The notes below the pieces were generated by a model. The model saw only the letters and a program-made list of their open reading frames with translations. It searched no databases and had not been told where the DNA came from. From IMG/VR virus record IMGVR_UViG_3300042465_005697, positions 92,280-149,690 of that record: a stretch of 57,411 nucleotides of DNA, one strand, 5' to 3'. Shown here one piece after another: positions 26,843 to 36,820 of the stretch; within the stretch, counting starts at the first letter, position 1; the number at the start of each line of letters is the position of its first letter. The DNA is from a virus (lineage: Duplodnaviria > Heunggongvirae > Uroviricota > Caudoviricetes). The translations under genes were made by a program, and so were the position numbers.

Positions 26843-27250
26843 TTAAACTATATTTTGTTCTTCATTATTATCAAAGACTGCATTAACGATAACGCTATTC
26901 ATACTTTTATCCCCATTTGGGTTATACCCTTGTCTTGGTTCATTAAATGTATCTGCGGTTGGTCTAAAGGAAACAATTTTATCTACTCTAAAAAATCTCC
27001 AACTTGGTAGAGGTTTCTTACCTAAATACGCTTTATGTGAAGCTCCTTCTAAATCCCACGCTCTTAATACAGGATTACCCGCTTTACTATAACCAAAACA
27101 CACAGGTTCTATGGTTCTTAACCCATTTCCCCCAGGTTCATCACCTTGGTAATATATTACAACTTTTTGTCTTTTCTTAATTGCATCAACGATTGAGTCT
27201 ATTGATGCTACCTCAAGAATAAGTTTTTTTAAAGAGTTGTAAAGTTTCAT
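26843..27250 (-). CDS. Stand-alone WYL-domain protein
   Basis: VVIYYQG...LRTIEPVCFGYSKAGNPVLRAWD...WRFFRVDKIVSFRP matches the WYL pattern (R.IEP..L....YL.A.....R.FR.DRI). Confidence 0.75.
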   Translation of the reverse strand: MKLYNSLKKLILEVASIDSIVDAIKKRQKVVIYYQGDEPGGNGLRTIEPVCFGYSKAGNPVLRAWDLEGASHKAYLGKKPLPSWRFFRVDKIVSFRPTADTFNEPRQGYNPNGDKSMNSVIVNAVFDNNEEQNIV

Positions 27251-27537
27251 TATACTGAAGGTGTGGTATAAGGTTTATCTATTTGGAATTCATTAATTTT
27301 AATTTCATTTTTTCTTTCCAAAGTATCTACTGATGATCCACCTTTACTTGTATCCAAGAAAGATCCTGTTCCTTTACCGAACTCATCACCATCTGACATT
27401 GCATCTTTGTTTGTTGATGAATATTGGTTAACGGTTTTATAATCATTCTTTGGGATTAATTTTTGTCTTTGTTGTTCTGCGATTTGAGATAATTCATTAT
27501 CTGGTTGTGCAAAATCTAATCTTTCTGTTTGTGCCAT
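27250..27537 (-). CDS. Small hypothetical protein
   Basis: 95-aa ORF, TAATG-coupled to the next gene. Confidence 0.7.
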   Translation of the reverse strand: MAQTERLDFAQPDNELSQIAEQQRQKLIPKNDYKTVNQYSSTNKDAMSDGDEFGKGTGSFLDTSKGGSSVDTLERKNEIKINEFQIDKPYTTPSV

Positions 27538-27538
27538 A

Positions 27539-28006
27539 TTAAATTAATTTTTTCATTATTTCGTTTATTCTTTTAAGGCTTTCCGTGATTTTAATATCAT
27601 CATTATAACCTGAATGACTTTTGGCGTCTCTATTCATATTTGATAACCACCCCATATCATCAACCAATTGGTCGTTAATATCATCTGGCATTACATCTTT
27701 AACTTCTTGGTTTGTGTGGGTATTGTTTCTCATATGGTCAATTGTTGTTGTGATCCAATTGCTCATATAATCACCACCATTTAATATAAATGGGGCATCT
27801 TCCTTTTCTCCCTCATAATGTTTAAACCAATTCTGTATTCTTTCTAACTGTTGGAAGGTCACTTTCCCATTATCTCTTAAGAAATTATTTCTTTTGTGTC
27901 CTTCAATTGTTGCATCAGAATTTGGAACTTGATCAAAGCAATGATGTAAATGTTTAATTACTTCTTCTGGTAATTCAACAACTTGTCCGTATAATTCTTT
28001 ATTCAC
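27539..28006 (-). CDS. Hypothetical protein (GTG start)
   Basis: 155-aa ORF overlapping the upstream stop; ends KITE|SLKRINE|IMKKLI. Confidence 0.7.
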   Translation of the reverse strand: MNKELYGQVVELPEEVIKHLHHCFDQVPNSDATIEGHKRNNFLRDNGKVTFQQLERIQNWFKHYEGEKEDAPFILNGGDYMSNWITTTIDHMRNNTHTNQEVKDVMPDDINDQLVDDMGWLSNMNRDAKSHSGYNDDIKITESLKRINEIMKKLI

Positions 28007-29447
28007 CTACTTTAAGTATTTTAATTAATTGATTTATATTGATTCCTTCTTTTTCTGCAATTCTTTTAATTGATTGTAGGTTTCTTTTCAATATTTTTGT
28101 TACGGGTGTTTCATCATCACCATCTTTATTTATAACGTCTTCAGAATTTTTCTTTTTCTTTAAAAGAATTTCATCAATCATTTTTATCATTTTTTCTTTT
28201 TCAACTTCGGATAACTTTCTTTTTGTTTTGTTATTCTCATTTAAAAAATCTTCCATTTCGGTTTCTTTAAATATTTTGGTATCTATGTGTTTAATGATTG
28301 GTAAACTTTCAAATAAAAAACTTGGTCGATCAAATGAGTCAACAGAATTTGTATCAACCTTATCAAGATCTTTTTTAAAGAAAATTGGGTTACCTCTTAA
28401 CATAAATATGAAATAATCAAAATCCATATTTAATTTATTTTTAAAATGTGGTATGCCGGCAACTTTAAATGTTTGTGTTAAATAATCTTTTTTGCTAACT
28501 AAGATTTCAAGAACTTTACCCATTAAAAATTTTTTGGTAATACCATCATATGTAATTTCTAAATAATTAACCGAACCCATTTTATTAATAATGTTTATTC
28601 TGTATTCATCACTTAATTTTAATTCTTTTCGTATTTTAGATTCCTCATCACTTTCATCATTTAGTTGGTCATCAATTTCGGACAATCTTCTTTTTGTAAA
28701 ACAATTTTTACATATTCCTCGTTTCTTTTCTCTTTTCAATTGATCGTCAAGTTTTGGATCAAATCCCATCGTTTCCAATCTATCGTTTCTTTCAAACGGA
28801 TCTTCAATTCCCATTTGTTGTAATACCTCATCAGCGTCATCATATGTTTCCAAATCTTCTGTTTCTTCATAACCAAATGCGTCGGACATATTAATTTCAT
28901 CAAGTAATTTTTCATCATCACTATCAACTGATTCACCATAAAAAACTCTATAACCACGAACAAAAGGATTGTTTGTTTGTCTTGTTGCAATAACGGTTTG
29001 ATCTTGAGTTTTTCTTGGGTGTAACCCTAATTGTAAAATAGGAATTGCTGAACCACCAAAGGTACCATCTGAATCAACAAGTTCGGTCATTTCACCATCC
29101 GTTGTCTCTTCTTCCTTATTTTTATATTTTTCAGGTATTTTTGTGTTTAATTTCATTCCCAACTTCTCACCTAACTTCACAATAAATGGTGTTGCAATTG
29201 TTGAACCTGGTATGATTTGAAATGCAATAAGTGGTATTAATTTTAAAAGGTCGGATGATTGATCTTTAATAAATTCTTTATCCTCCTTATCTATTCTAAA
29301 ATCTTTATTTTTTAAATATTCTTTCGCTGAAGACATTAATATTCTAATTAACAGTCTTGTTTGTTTTGCCTCACTAACGGCAACATCTTTATACTTCTTA
29401 ATGTCAGAAGTAACCTTATCTATTGTTTTATTTTTTGTTTCGTCCAA
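27999..29447 (-). CDS. Mosaic hypothetical protein with an N-terminal LETM1-like domain
   Basis: EDKEFIKDQSSDLLKLIPLIAFQIIPGSTIATPFIVKL resembles bacterial LETM1-like domains; start uncertain (TTG 29447). Confidence 0.6.
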   Translation of the reverse strand: MDETKNKTIDKVTSDIKKYKDVAVSEAKQTRLLIRILMSSAKEYLKNKDFRIDKEDKEFIKDQSSDLLKLIPLIAFQIIPGSTIATPFIVKLGEKLGMKLNTKIPEKYKNKEEETTDGEMTELVDSDGTFGGSAIPILQLGLHPRKTQDQTVIATRQTNNPFVRGYRVFYGESVDSDDEKLLDEINMSDAFGYEETEDLETYDDADEVLQQMGIEDPFERNDRLETMGFDPKLDDQLKREKKRGICKNCFTKRRLSEIDDQLNDESDEESKIRKELKLSDEYRINIINKMGSVNYLEITYDGITKKFLMGKVLEILVSKKDYLTQTFKVAGIPHFKNKLNMDFDYFIFMLRGNPIFFKKDLDKVDTNSVDSFDRPSFLFESLPIIKHIDTKIFKETEMEDFLNENNKTKRKLSEVEKEKMIKMIDEILLKKKKNSEDVINKDGDDETPVTKILKRNLQSIKRIAEKEGININQLIKILKVGE

Positions 29448-29502
29448 AATGTCGTAGGTTTTATTGCATTTTTAATTATGAATAATCATAAGTTATTTTT
29501 AC

Positions 29503-29531
29503 AATAAATACTTTGTTTTGTTGTATTTATT
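29503..29531. promoter_or_regulatory. Divergent pair of TATTTATT motifs (9-bp inverted repeat, 11-nt spacer)
   Basis: AATAAATAC (29503-29511) and GTATTTATT (29523-29531) sit at the point where gene direction switches. Confidence 0.6.
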
Positions 29532-29540
29532 TAAAAAAAG

Positions 29541-31760
29541 ATGGCTCAACAGAATATTAATCAATACGTGTATCCGAAATTACGATTAAATGTCGTAAAT
29601 GAGTGTATGGATATGTCCTTGGCGTCCGATGAGGTGAATTATAATCAAGAGGTAGTTTTCTCACCATATTTGATTGCCGAAACTTTTGGGGATAGATTAC
29701 CAATAAATATAGATATTAATAACCCATTAACGGTTCAACCTTTGGATCTATTTTATAAACAATATAATTATAATAATATTTTTGTTTCTCAAAACTATTA
29801 TAACCCAGATAATTTGGATTTAACTTGTTTTTCTTCATCAACGGCTTGCGATATTGGTTTAACGGGTATTGATAATGGTTTGGTTACTTCTATGACGGGA
29901 GAGACAATTAATTTTACAAATGGATTATATTCAGATTTTTTAAAGTTTGAAAGATTATATTTTGATAGAAGATTTAAAATGTTCCAAGTAACGGGATATA
30001 CATCTCAAAATGAAAGATTTTCGGCAATACCTGACACAACATTATATGAAGTGGTTAGTACAGGAACAACTGTTGGTAGATATCACGAATTATATGGTGG
30101 GTTCTACCAAGGGTTTTATAAATTATTTGGATATGACTACAATATTTTTCCTGAACGGATGAATAAAGGTTGGGCGGTTGAGATGTTATTAAAACCAAGA
30201 TTGACTGATTATTTTTTCCCTTCATCGGGTGAAACAACTTTAAATGAAATATATCCACAAAATAAGGACATCTTCTTTTATTTTGGGGCAAGGGCTGAGA
30301 ATAAGTTTTATCATCACGCTGACGGAAATCCAAATTGTTTTACGGGATATACAAGGGTTACAAGTGGATTACAAGAATGTATTTCAACTTGTGCTTGTTG
30401 TAATAGGACTGTAACAAATAGTAGGTGTATATATGTTTATCCACCAAGATCTGTAAATAATCAACACGATCCTCATTTAAATTATGGTTGTGATATCTGT
30501 GGTGGAACTACGGGTAAGACAATGACTTGTGGGTGTGATTGTAATGAACAACCTTGTGAGACTTGTGGGTGGGAATGTTTTACACATACTTGTGGATCAA
30601 TAATAGAACCAACACCAACACCGGTTCCAACACCTGAACCAACACCAACTTGTGATACTTTAACTCCTGTTTGTACTCCAACCGTTTGTGTTACTTGTAC
30701 GGGGTGTACTGAATGTATTGATTGCCCATCAACAGGGTTTACATCGGTTGAGAATACTTGTGAGACGGATCCATTACTTGATTCAATGTCAAATGCTTTG
30801 GCAATAAAATTATGTGGGGATCATAACAATCCACAGATTGGTGTTAAAGTTTTAAGATGGACTGGTGAATGTAAAACAACGGGATCTTGTGTAACGGGTC
30901 AAACTTATGTTACCGGATATACTATTGATGAATATTGTTCTCCTCCGATATACCCTTATTGCTTATTAAAAAATCCTCCGTATTTGGATTTGGAACATTG
31001 GTTTCAAGTTGATGTGGTATGGGAAAGATATACTTGGTTGGATATTTGTGATTTATGGTGGAGAGGTGGTCTTGGAGATATTACCAAAACGGAATATTTG
31101 GATTCTCTTGCAAACAATACAATGGCGTTAATTAAACCTCCGATCACTAATGGTAAGGAAGTTGCCGAAACGATTGATTTAGTTAATTTGGATCAGTCTT
31201 GGTTGGATGATGTTAATTTTAGAATGGGTAGATTAAAAATTTATGTTAATGGAAAGATACATTATACAATAGAAAATTTTGAGGAGATTATACCTAGAGC
31301 GTTAAGTACGGATAAGGAAAAACAATTGGGTGTTCCATTTAATATATCTTGGGGTGGTGGAACTCAGGGTCTTCGTGAGAATTTAACATTCTCTGCTTGT
31401 TCTGCAACCACGGGTCAATATATCCAAGATCCTGAATCATTTCCAAATAATGTGTTAAGTGGATCATCATTATCGGGACTTAGTACCAACATTTTAATAG
31501 AACAGAATTTTGCCGGAACATTTGAAGGTGGTATATCACAATTTAGAATGTATATAACTCCGTTATCGGCACCTGAAGTTAAACATAATTTTCTTTTATT
31601 AAAAGAAAAATTTAATATGTTTAACCCTGATTGTCCTGATTGTAGTACGACAATATGTCTTCCTAACGACTTCACGTATGTTTTGGTTGATCTTAATTTT
31701 TTAATAACTCAACAAAATTTCTACATAATGACACAAAATTATGTGAATTTAGTTGCATAA
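29541..31760 (+). CDS. Cys-rich structural protein with Pro-Thr linker and lectin-like beta domain
   Basis: Central C-rich tract (CISTCACC...CGCDC...CVTCTGCTECIDC) and PTPTPVPTPEPTPT. C-terminal LKIYVNGK...FNISWGGG...GISQFRMY...LSAPEVKHNF is ConA/LamG-like. Confidence 0.65.
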   Translation: MAQQNINQYVYPKLRLNVVNECMDMSLASDEVNYNQEVVFSPYLIAETFGDRLPINIDINNPLTVQPLDLFYKQYNYNNIFVSQNYYNPDNLDLTCFSSSTACDIGLTGIDNGLVTSMTGETINFTNGLYSDFLKFERLYFDRRFKMFQVTGYTSQNERFSAIPDTTLYEVVSTGTTVGRYHELYGGFYQGFYKLFGYDYNIFPERMNKGWAVEMLLKPRLTDYFFPSSGETTLNEIYPQNKDIFFYFGARAENKFYHHADGNPNCFTGYTRVTSGLQECISTCACCNRTVTNSRCIYVYPPRSVNNQHDPHLNYGCDICGGTTGKTMTCGCDCNEQPCETCGWECFTHTCGSIIEPTPTPVPTPEPTPTCDTLTPVCTPTVCVTCTGCTECIDCPSTGFTSVENTCETDPLLDSMSNALAIKLCGDHNNPQIGVKVLRWTGECKTTGSCVTGQTYVTGYTIDEYCSPPIYPYCLLKNPPYLDLEHWFQVDVVWERYTWLDICDLWWRGGLGDITKTEYLDSLANNTMALIKPPITNGKEVAETIDLVNLDQSWLDDVNFRMGRLKIYVNGKIHYTIENFEEIIPRALSTDKEKQLGVPFNISWGGGTQGLRENLTFSACSATTGQYIQDPESFPNNVLSGSSLSGLSTNILIEQNFAGTFEGGISQFRMYITPLSAPEVKHNFLLLKEKFNMFNPDCPDCSTTICLPNDFTYVLVDLNFLITQQNFYIMTQNYVNLVA

Positions 31761-31773
31761 CTAAAAATGTAAA

Positions 31774-31781
31774 TATTTATA
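31774..31781 (+). promoter_or_regulatory. TATTTATA motif
   Basis: 14 nt upstream of ATG 31796. Confidence 0.55.
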
Positions 31782-31795
31782 AAAAAAACAAAATT

Positions 31796-34700
31796 ATGTC
31801 AGACGTTAGAATAACCGACTTACCATTAATTTTATCAGGAGATATTAGATCAAATAATGTTCTACCAATTGTAGATGTTGATAATGATATCACAGATAGA
31901 ATTACATTAGACCAACTTAGAACTTATGTTAATAGTGGTGAAACATTTTTATATGAAGTGGGTTCAGGAACTAGCTCAACTCAAAGAGTTGGAGTTAGTG
32001 GATCCGCAATTGGTGATTATTCTATAGTTGCTGGAGGTTCAGGAAACACCGCTTTATCGTCAGGATCAACAATTGGTGGTGGATTTTTTAATACGATTTC
32101 ATCGTGTAGTGGTTATTATGGTAATGGTGGAGGATCGTCAGTCATAGGTGGTGGATTTTGTAATACCGCAGATTCTAACATAACAACAATTGGTGGTGGT
32201 TGGTGCAATACCATTACATCATCAGGTTATGACTCAACAATTTCTGGAGGTAGATGTAATACTGCCAATTGTGGTACATCAACAATTGGTGGGGGATATT
32301 GTAACACATCAACTTGTTATGATACATTTATCGGTGGTGGTGGAGATAACGTTGCTGGTGGTAATGGGTCTGTTGTTACAGGTGGCGAACAGAATACTTC
32401 GTTATCTGATAGTTCAACAGTAAGTGGTGGTCGTTATAATACGATTGGAACTTTATCGGGCGATTATGATATTCTAGGACAAACTATTGGTGGGGGTTCT
32501 TGTAACACAATATCATCTTATAGTGGATATTACACACTTGGTGGTAGCACAATTAGTGGTGGATATTGTAATACAACGGTTTCATCATATAGGGGAGGTC
32601 AAACAATTGCTGGGGGATGGTGTAATGTAACGTCAAGTGATTATGCAACTGTAAGTGGTGGTTATAGAAATACAAATTCATCTGACTACGGATCAATAGG
32701 TGGTGGTGCAAACAACACAATATTAACAAATTCTGACTATTCTACAATTGGTGGTGGTGACGACAACACAATACTTCCAAATAGTGAGGTAGGAACAATA
32801 TCAGGTGGCGAAAATAATACACTTAGTGGTGATTACTCAACTATTAGTGGGGGATATTATAACAAAATATTTGGAGATTATTCAACCGTAAGTGGTGGAT
32901 ATTGTAACACATCAAATAGTAATTGTTCAACTATAAGTGGTGGTTATTGTAATATGGCGGGTGTTAGAGGAACGATAAGTGGGAATTATAACCAAACATA
33001 TTCTGGTGGAACGTTTAATGGTAATTATGGTTCATATTCTCCAACCTCAACATCATCAGGTTATGGTAATGGAGGAACATTCTCCTTTAATTTTAATACT
33101 GGAACATTGTCTAACGTTTATGTTACCTCAATTGGTCAAGGTTATGTTCAAGGAGATACCTTATTATTTGATGGTACTTTATTTGGTGGAACAAGTGGTA
33201 CTGATAATGTAACAATTCAAATTAACGTTACATCAATTGGTAATAATTCTAGTATAGGTGGTGGATATCGTAACACGTCAAGTGGGTGTAGTTCAACCGT
33301 AAGTGGTGGTAGAAATAACACATCAAGTGGTGGAAGGTCAACTGTAAGTGGTGGATATCTTAACACATCAAGTTGTTATGATTCAACCGTAAGTGGAGGT
33401 TATAGAAATAAATCAATTGGTGGTAGTTCAACCATAAGTGGGGGTTATAGTAACACATCAATTGGTGGTAGTTCAACCATAAGTGGAGGTTATAGAAATA
33501 CATCATTTGGTAATATTTCAACCGTAAGTGGAGGTTATAGAAACGTGTCAGGATTAATCGGAATGATAGATTCAATTTATGACCAAACATATTCTGGAGG
33601 AACGTTTAATGGTAATTATGGTTCATATTCTCCAACCTCAACATCGTCAGGTTATGGTAATGGAGGAACATTCTCTTTTTATTTTAACTCGGGAACATTA
33701 TCTAACATCTATCTAAATTCAAAGGGTCAAAATTATGTTCAAGGGGATACCTTATTATTTGATGGGACTTTATTTGGTGGAACAAGTGGTACTGATAATG
33801 TGACAATTCAAATTAATGTAGAGTTAGGTGGTAATTATTCAACGGTAAGTGGGGGATATCGTAATACATCAAGTGGTTATGCATCAACCGTAAGTGGCGG
33901 ATATTGTAACACATCAAGTTCTTACCAATCAACGGTAGGTGGAGGTTATAGAAACACAATTAACCAATTCTCAACTTGTTCTGGAAAATATATTATTGCC
34001 GGTAACACAGTTGGTGGTGGAAATAATAACTTAATTAATTCAAATAGCGCATATTATGGAGATGCTGGTGGTGTAACAATTAATGGTGGTTACCTTAATA
34101 GAACAAACTCAGGTTATTACGGATTTAACACAATCGGTGGTGGTGTAGGTCATGACGCAAACCTTGAATACTCAACAGTAAATGGTGGGGCTTTTAACTC
34201 ATCAACACAATCATTTACAACAGTAGGTGGTGGAGTTTTTAATACTAACTCATCATATGTTTCCACAATTAGTGGTGGTTATAATAATACCATTGGAACT
34301 TTATCTTCTTACTATGATCTTATTGGTCAAACTATTGGTGGGGGTTCTTGTAATACAATGTCATCTTATAGTGGAAAATACGCAAATGGTGGATCAACAA
34401 TAAGTGGTGGGTATTGTAACACAACACTTTCTTCTTATTATGGTGGATCAACAATTGGTGGGGGATGGAATAATTTAACATCAAGTAATTATTCAACCGT
34501 AAGTGGTGGTGTGTTTAACACATCAAGTGGGTGTCATTCAACCGTAGGAGGTGGGGCATCTAATACATCAAGTTGTTATAATTCAACAATAAGTGGTGGT
34601 AGAAGTAACACATCAAGTGGTGGAAGTTCAACTGTAAGTGGTGGATATGGTAACTCATCAAATAGTGATTATTCAACTATAGGTGGAGGATATCGTAACA

Positions 34701-35554
34701 CATCAAGTGGTCATTCTTCTTTAATTGGTGGAGGATGTTATAACATCACTGAAAACCAATTAGACACAATTGGTGGTGGTGGAAAAAATACAACAATACT
34801 AAGTGGTGGTGTTGTAGGTGCGGCAACCATAAGTGGTGGATATAAAAACACATCCGGAAACTATTATACATTTAATGGTAGTGGATGTAATAATATTGTA
34901 TTAGGTGAGTATTCGTCAATAGTTGGTGGTCAAAACAACCTAAACATTTCAGGTTTAGTACAACAAGTTTCGTTTAATTCGGGTGATGCTTCTGCAATAT
35001 CAGATAACACATATTCGGTTTATCCAACAAATGTTGGTGGTTATGGTTCTGGTTTACAAATTACATTTGATGTAAATACTGGAGTTGTAAGTAATGTTAA
35101 TGTTGTAAATGTTGGTATAAGATATGAACAAGGACAACAAGTTTTAGTTTCTGGAAACACTATTGGTGGTTTATCTCCGGCAAATGATTTATATTTTGAT
35201 CTAAACTCTGTAATTGACGGTAATTATTCTTTTATTGGTGGTGGTTTAAATAATACAACAAGTGGTTGTTATTCTTTTATTGGAGGTGGTAGAAATAACA
35301 CATCAAGTGGTTATCTTTCAACGGTAAGTGGTGGTAGATTTAACACATCAATTGGAATTTATTCAAGTGTTTTAGGTGGATCTGGAAATACGTTAACAAA
35401 CGATTCTTCCTTTATTGTTGGTGATAGTATAATATCAAATAGAGTTTGTTCAACGTTTGTTAATAATTTATCAATTATGAATATACCAACAAGTTCCGCA
35501 GGATTACCAACAGGTTCAGTTTATAGTGACTCTTGTGTTTTGAAGATTGTTTAA
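31796..35554 (+). CDS. Tail fibre/adhesin with ~14-aa Gly/Ser/Asn beta-solenoid repeats
   Basis: Fibre-type N-terminus MSDVRITDLP...VLPIVD...RITLDQL; dozens of STVSGGYRNTSSG-type repeats; three inserted globular modules. Confidence 0.85.
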   Translation: MSDVRITDLPLILSGDIRSNNVLPIVDVDNDITDRITLDQLRTYVNSGETFLYEVGSGTSSTQRVGVSGSAIGDYSIVAGGSGNTALSSGSTIGGGFFNTISSCSGYYGNGGGSSVIGGGFCNTADSNITTIGGGWCNTITSSGYDSTISGGRCNTANCGTSTIGGGYCNTSTCYDTFIGGGGDNVAGGNGSVVTGGEQNTSLSDSSTVSGGRYNTIGTLSGDYDILGQTIGGGSCNTISSYSGYYTLGGSTISGGYCNTTVSSYRGGQTIAGGWCNVTSSDYATVSGGYRNTNSSDYGSIGGGANNTILTNSDYSTIGGGDDNTILPNSEVGTISGGENNTLSGDYSTISGGYYNKIFGDYSTVSGGYCNTSNSNCSTISGGYCNMAGVRGTISGNYNQTYSGGTFNGNYGSYSPTSTSSGYGNGGTFSFNFNTGTLSNVYVTSIGQGYVQGDTLLFDGTLFGGTSGTDNVTIQINVTSIGNNSSIGGGYRNTSSGCSSTVSGGRNNTSSGGRSTVSGGYLNTSSCYDSTVSGGYRNKSIGGSSTISGGYSNTSIGGSSTISGGYRNTSFGNISTVSGGYRNVSGLIGMIDSIYDQTYSGGTFNGNYGSYSPTSTSSGYGNGGTFSFYFNSGTLSNIYLNSKGQNYVQGDTLLFDGTLFGGTSGTDNVTIQINVELGGNYSTVSGGYRNTSSGYASTVSGGYCNTSSSYQSTVGGGYRNTINQFSTCSGKYIIAGNTVGGGNNNLINSNSAYYGDAGGVTINGGYLNRTNSGYYGFNTIGGGVGHDANLEYSTVNGGAFNSSTQSFTTVGGGVFNTNSSYVSTISGGYNNTIGTLSSYYDLIGQTIGGGSCNTMSSYSGKYANGGSTISGGYCNTTLSSYYGGSTIGGGWNNLTSSNYSTVSGGVFNTSSGCHSTVGGGASNTSSCYNSTISGGRSNTSSGGSSTVSGGYGNSSNSDYSTIGGGYRNTSSGHSSLIGGGCYNITENQLDTIGGGGKNTTILSGGVVGAATISGGYKNTSGNYYTFNGSGCNNIVLGEYSSIVGGQNNLNISGLVQQVSFNSGDASAISDNTYSVYPTNVGGYGSGLQITFDVNTGVVSNVNVVNVGIRYEQGQQVLVSGNTIGGLSPANDLYFDLNSVIDGNYSFIGGGLNNTTSGCYSFIGGGRNNTSSGYLSTVSGGRFNTSIGIYSSVLGGSGNTLTNDSSFIVGDSIISNRVCSTFVNNLSIMNIPTSSAGLPTGSVYSDSCVLKIV
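32991..33819 (+). repeat. 238-nt direct duplication inside the fibre gene (32991-33228 and 33582-33819)
   Basis: Both copies encode QTYSGGTFNGNYGSYSPTSTSSGYGNGGTFSF.FN.GTLSN.Y....GQ.YVQGDTLLFDGTLFGGTSGTDNVTIQINV. Confidence 0.95.
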
Positions 35555-35566
35555 TATATTCTTATC

Positions 35567-36028
35567 ATGAGAAGAAATGTAAAATACGACGGTAATAATG
35601 AATTACGTAAAAAAATAATTGAGTTTTGGGTTAGTGAGAACGCAATTAACTTAGAAGAATCTGAACGTAGAGTTGATGATGTAATCTTTGTTGAGTTTTA
35701 TAATGATGAGATTATTGGTTTATGTTCTGGAATCCAAATGAATGTTCCTGAGTTATCCGGCAATTTTTTATATTACCGAACATACACCTCCACAAAATGG
35801 AGAAATCTTAAAATAGCACAAGGATTATTTAACGAGACGTATAATTTATTAAACAATTCTGAAACAAATTTATCGGGAATATATGTGGTATTTGAAAGTC
35901 CGATCTTGAATGAGTTCAATAAAAAATATGTTCTTAAGGATTATTCTAACTTAACATTAATTAAAATTAACGAACAAGGTCAACAAGTTAGAGTGTCGTA
36001 TTTTGATAATAAAACCATCACACAATAA
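35567..36028 (+). CDS. Hypothetical protein, possibly GNAT-like
   Basis: YYRTYTSTKWRNLKIAQGLF resembles GNAT motif A (weak match). Confidence 0.45.
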   Translation: MRRNVKYDGNNELRKKIIEFWVSENAINLEESERRVDDVIFVEFYNDEIIGLCSGIQMNVPELSGNFLYYRTYTSTKWRNLKIAQGLFNETYNLLNNSETNLSGIYVVFESPILNEFNKKYVLKDYSNLTLIKINEQGQQVRVSYFDNKTITQ

Positions 36029-36073
36029 GTTCGTCTTAATTCACTTTAATAAATATCTTAATATATTTCAAAT

Positions 36074-36820
36074 ATGTTTGTAACTGTTTGTAATAAAGAA
36101 TATCTTATTGGGTTTGAGGTGATGTTAAAATCATTAATTGATAATAACCCAAGGGTTGTAAATGAAAATATACCATTCATAATTATAAGTAATGATATTA
36201 GTGAGGACGATTTGTTTGTTAGCAAACAAATCCATAACAATATTGACATTAAAAATTTCAATCAAACAAAATATTATGAGATTGATGAGTTAAAGAAGAT
36301 TAAAATGGCATTTGGGGATTACACCAAATATGAAATATTCTCAATTCAAGACACAAATAAAATCATATTTTTAGATTCCGACACTTTAATTTTAGGGAAT
36401 ATTGATTACCTCATAGACTTTAAAGAAGACTTTGGTGCGGTAAGAGAATTATATATTGACCAACATAATACGGGTGTTATGGTTATTGGGAAAAAATATC
36501 TAAACAAACAAATTACAAATGATTTAATAAATCTTACGCAAAGATACGGAATTACAGAACATTTAGATCAAGATATAATTAATAATTATTTTACAGATGT
36601 TATTACAGATATCCCAATCTCATACAATTATTTAAAAATATATTCAAAACAAATATTCCAAAACACCGGATTACCAAACCATATTAAGATTTTACATTTT
36701 ATTGTTAAAAAACCTTGGCAAAACAAACCATTAGTTTTATTGGAAGAAGGGACATTATGGCAAGAAAGATATTGGTTTGAATACCATTCAAAAATATTAA
36801 AATTAAATTATAATGGTTAA
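36074..36820 (+). CDS. Glycosyltransferase family 8
   Basis: IIFLDSDTLILGNID, NTGVMVI, DQDIINNYF, ILHFIVKKPW. Confidence 0.9.
   Translation: MFVTVCNKEYLIGFEVMLKSLIDNNPRVVNENIPFIIISNDISEDDLFVSKQIHNNIDIKNFNQTKYYEIDELKKIKMAFGDYTKYEIFSIQDTNKIIFLDSDTLILGNIDYLIDFKEDFGAVRELYIDQHNTGVMVIGKKYLNKQITNDLINLTQRYGITEHLDQDIINNYFTDVITDIPISYNYLKIYSKQIFQNTGLPNHIKILHFIVKKPWQNKPLVLLEEGTLWQERYWFEYHSKILKLNYNG

Noticed and set aside
32991-33819. 238-nt duplication as a DGR template/variable repeat pair
   Set aside because: Mismatches include C/T, G/C and T/A changes rather than being confined to adenines, both copies are in frame inside one gene, and no reverse transcriptase is present in the window.
32000-35400. 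Periodic ~42-nt repeats (aacacatcaagtgg...tcaaccgtaagtggtgg) as a CRISPR array
   Set aside because: The repeats are degenerate, codon-phased and encode the 14-aa SGG solenoid; there are no unique spacers and no cas genes.
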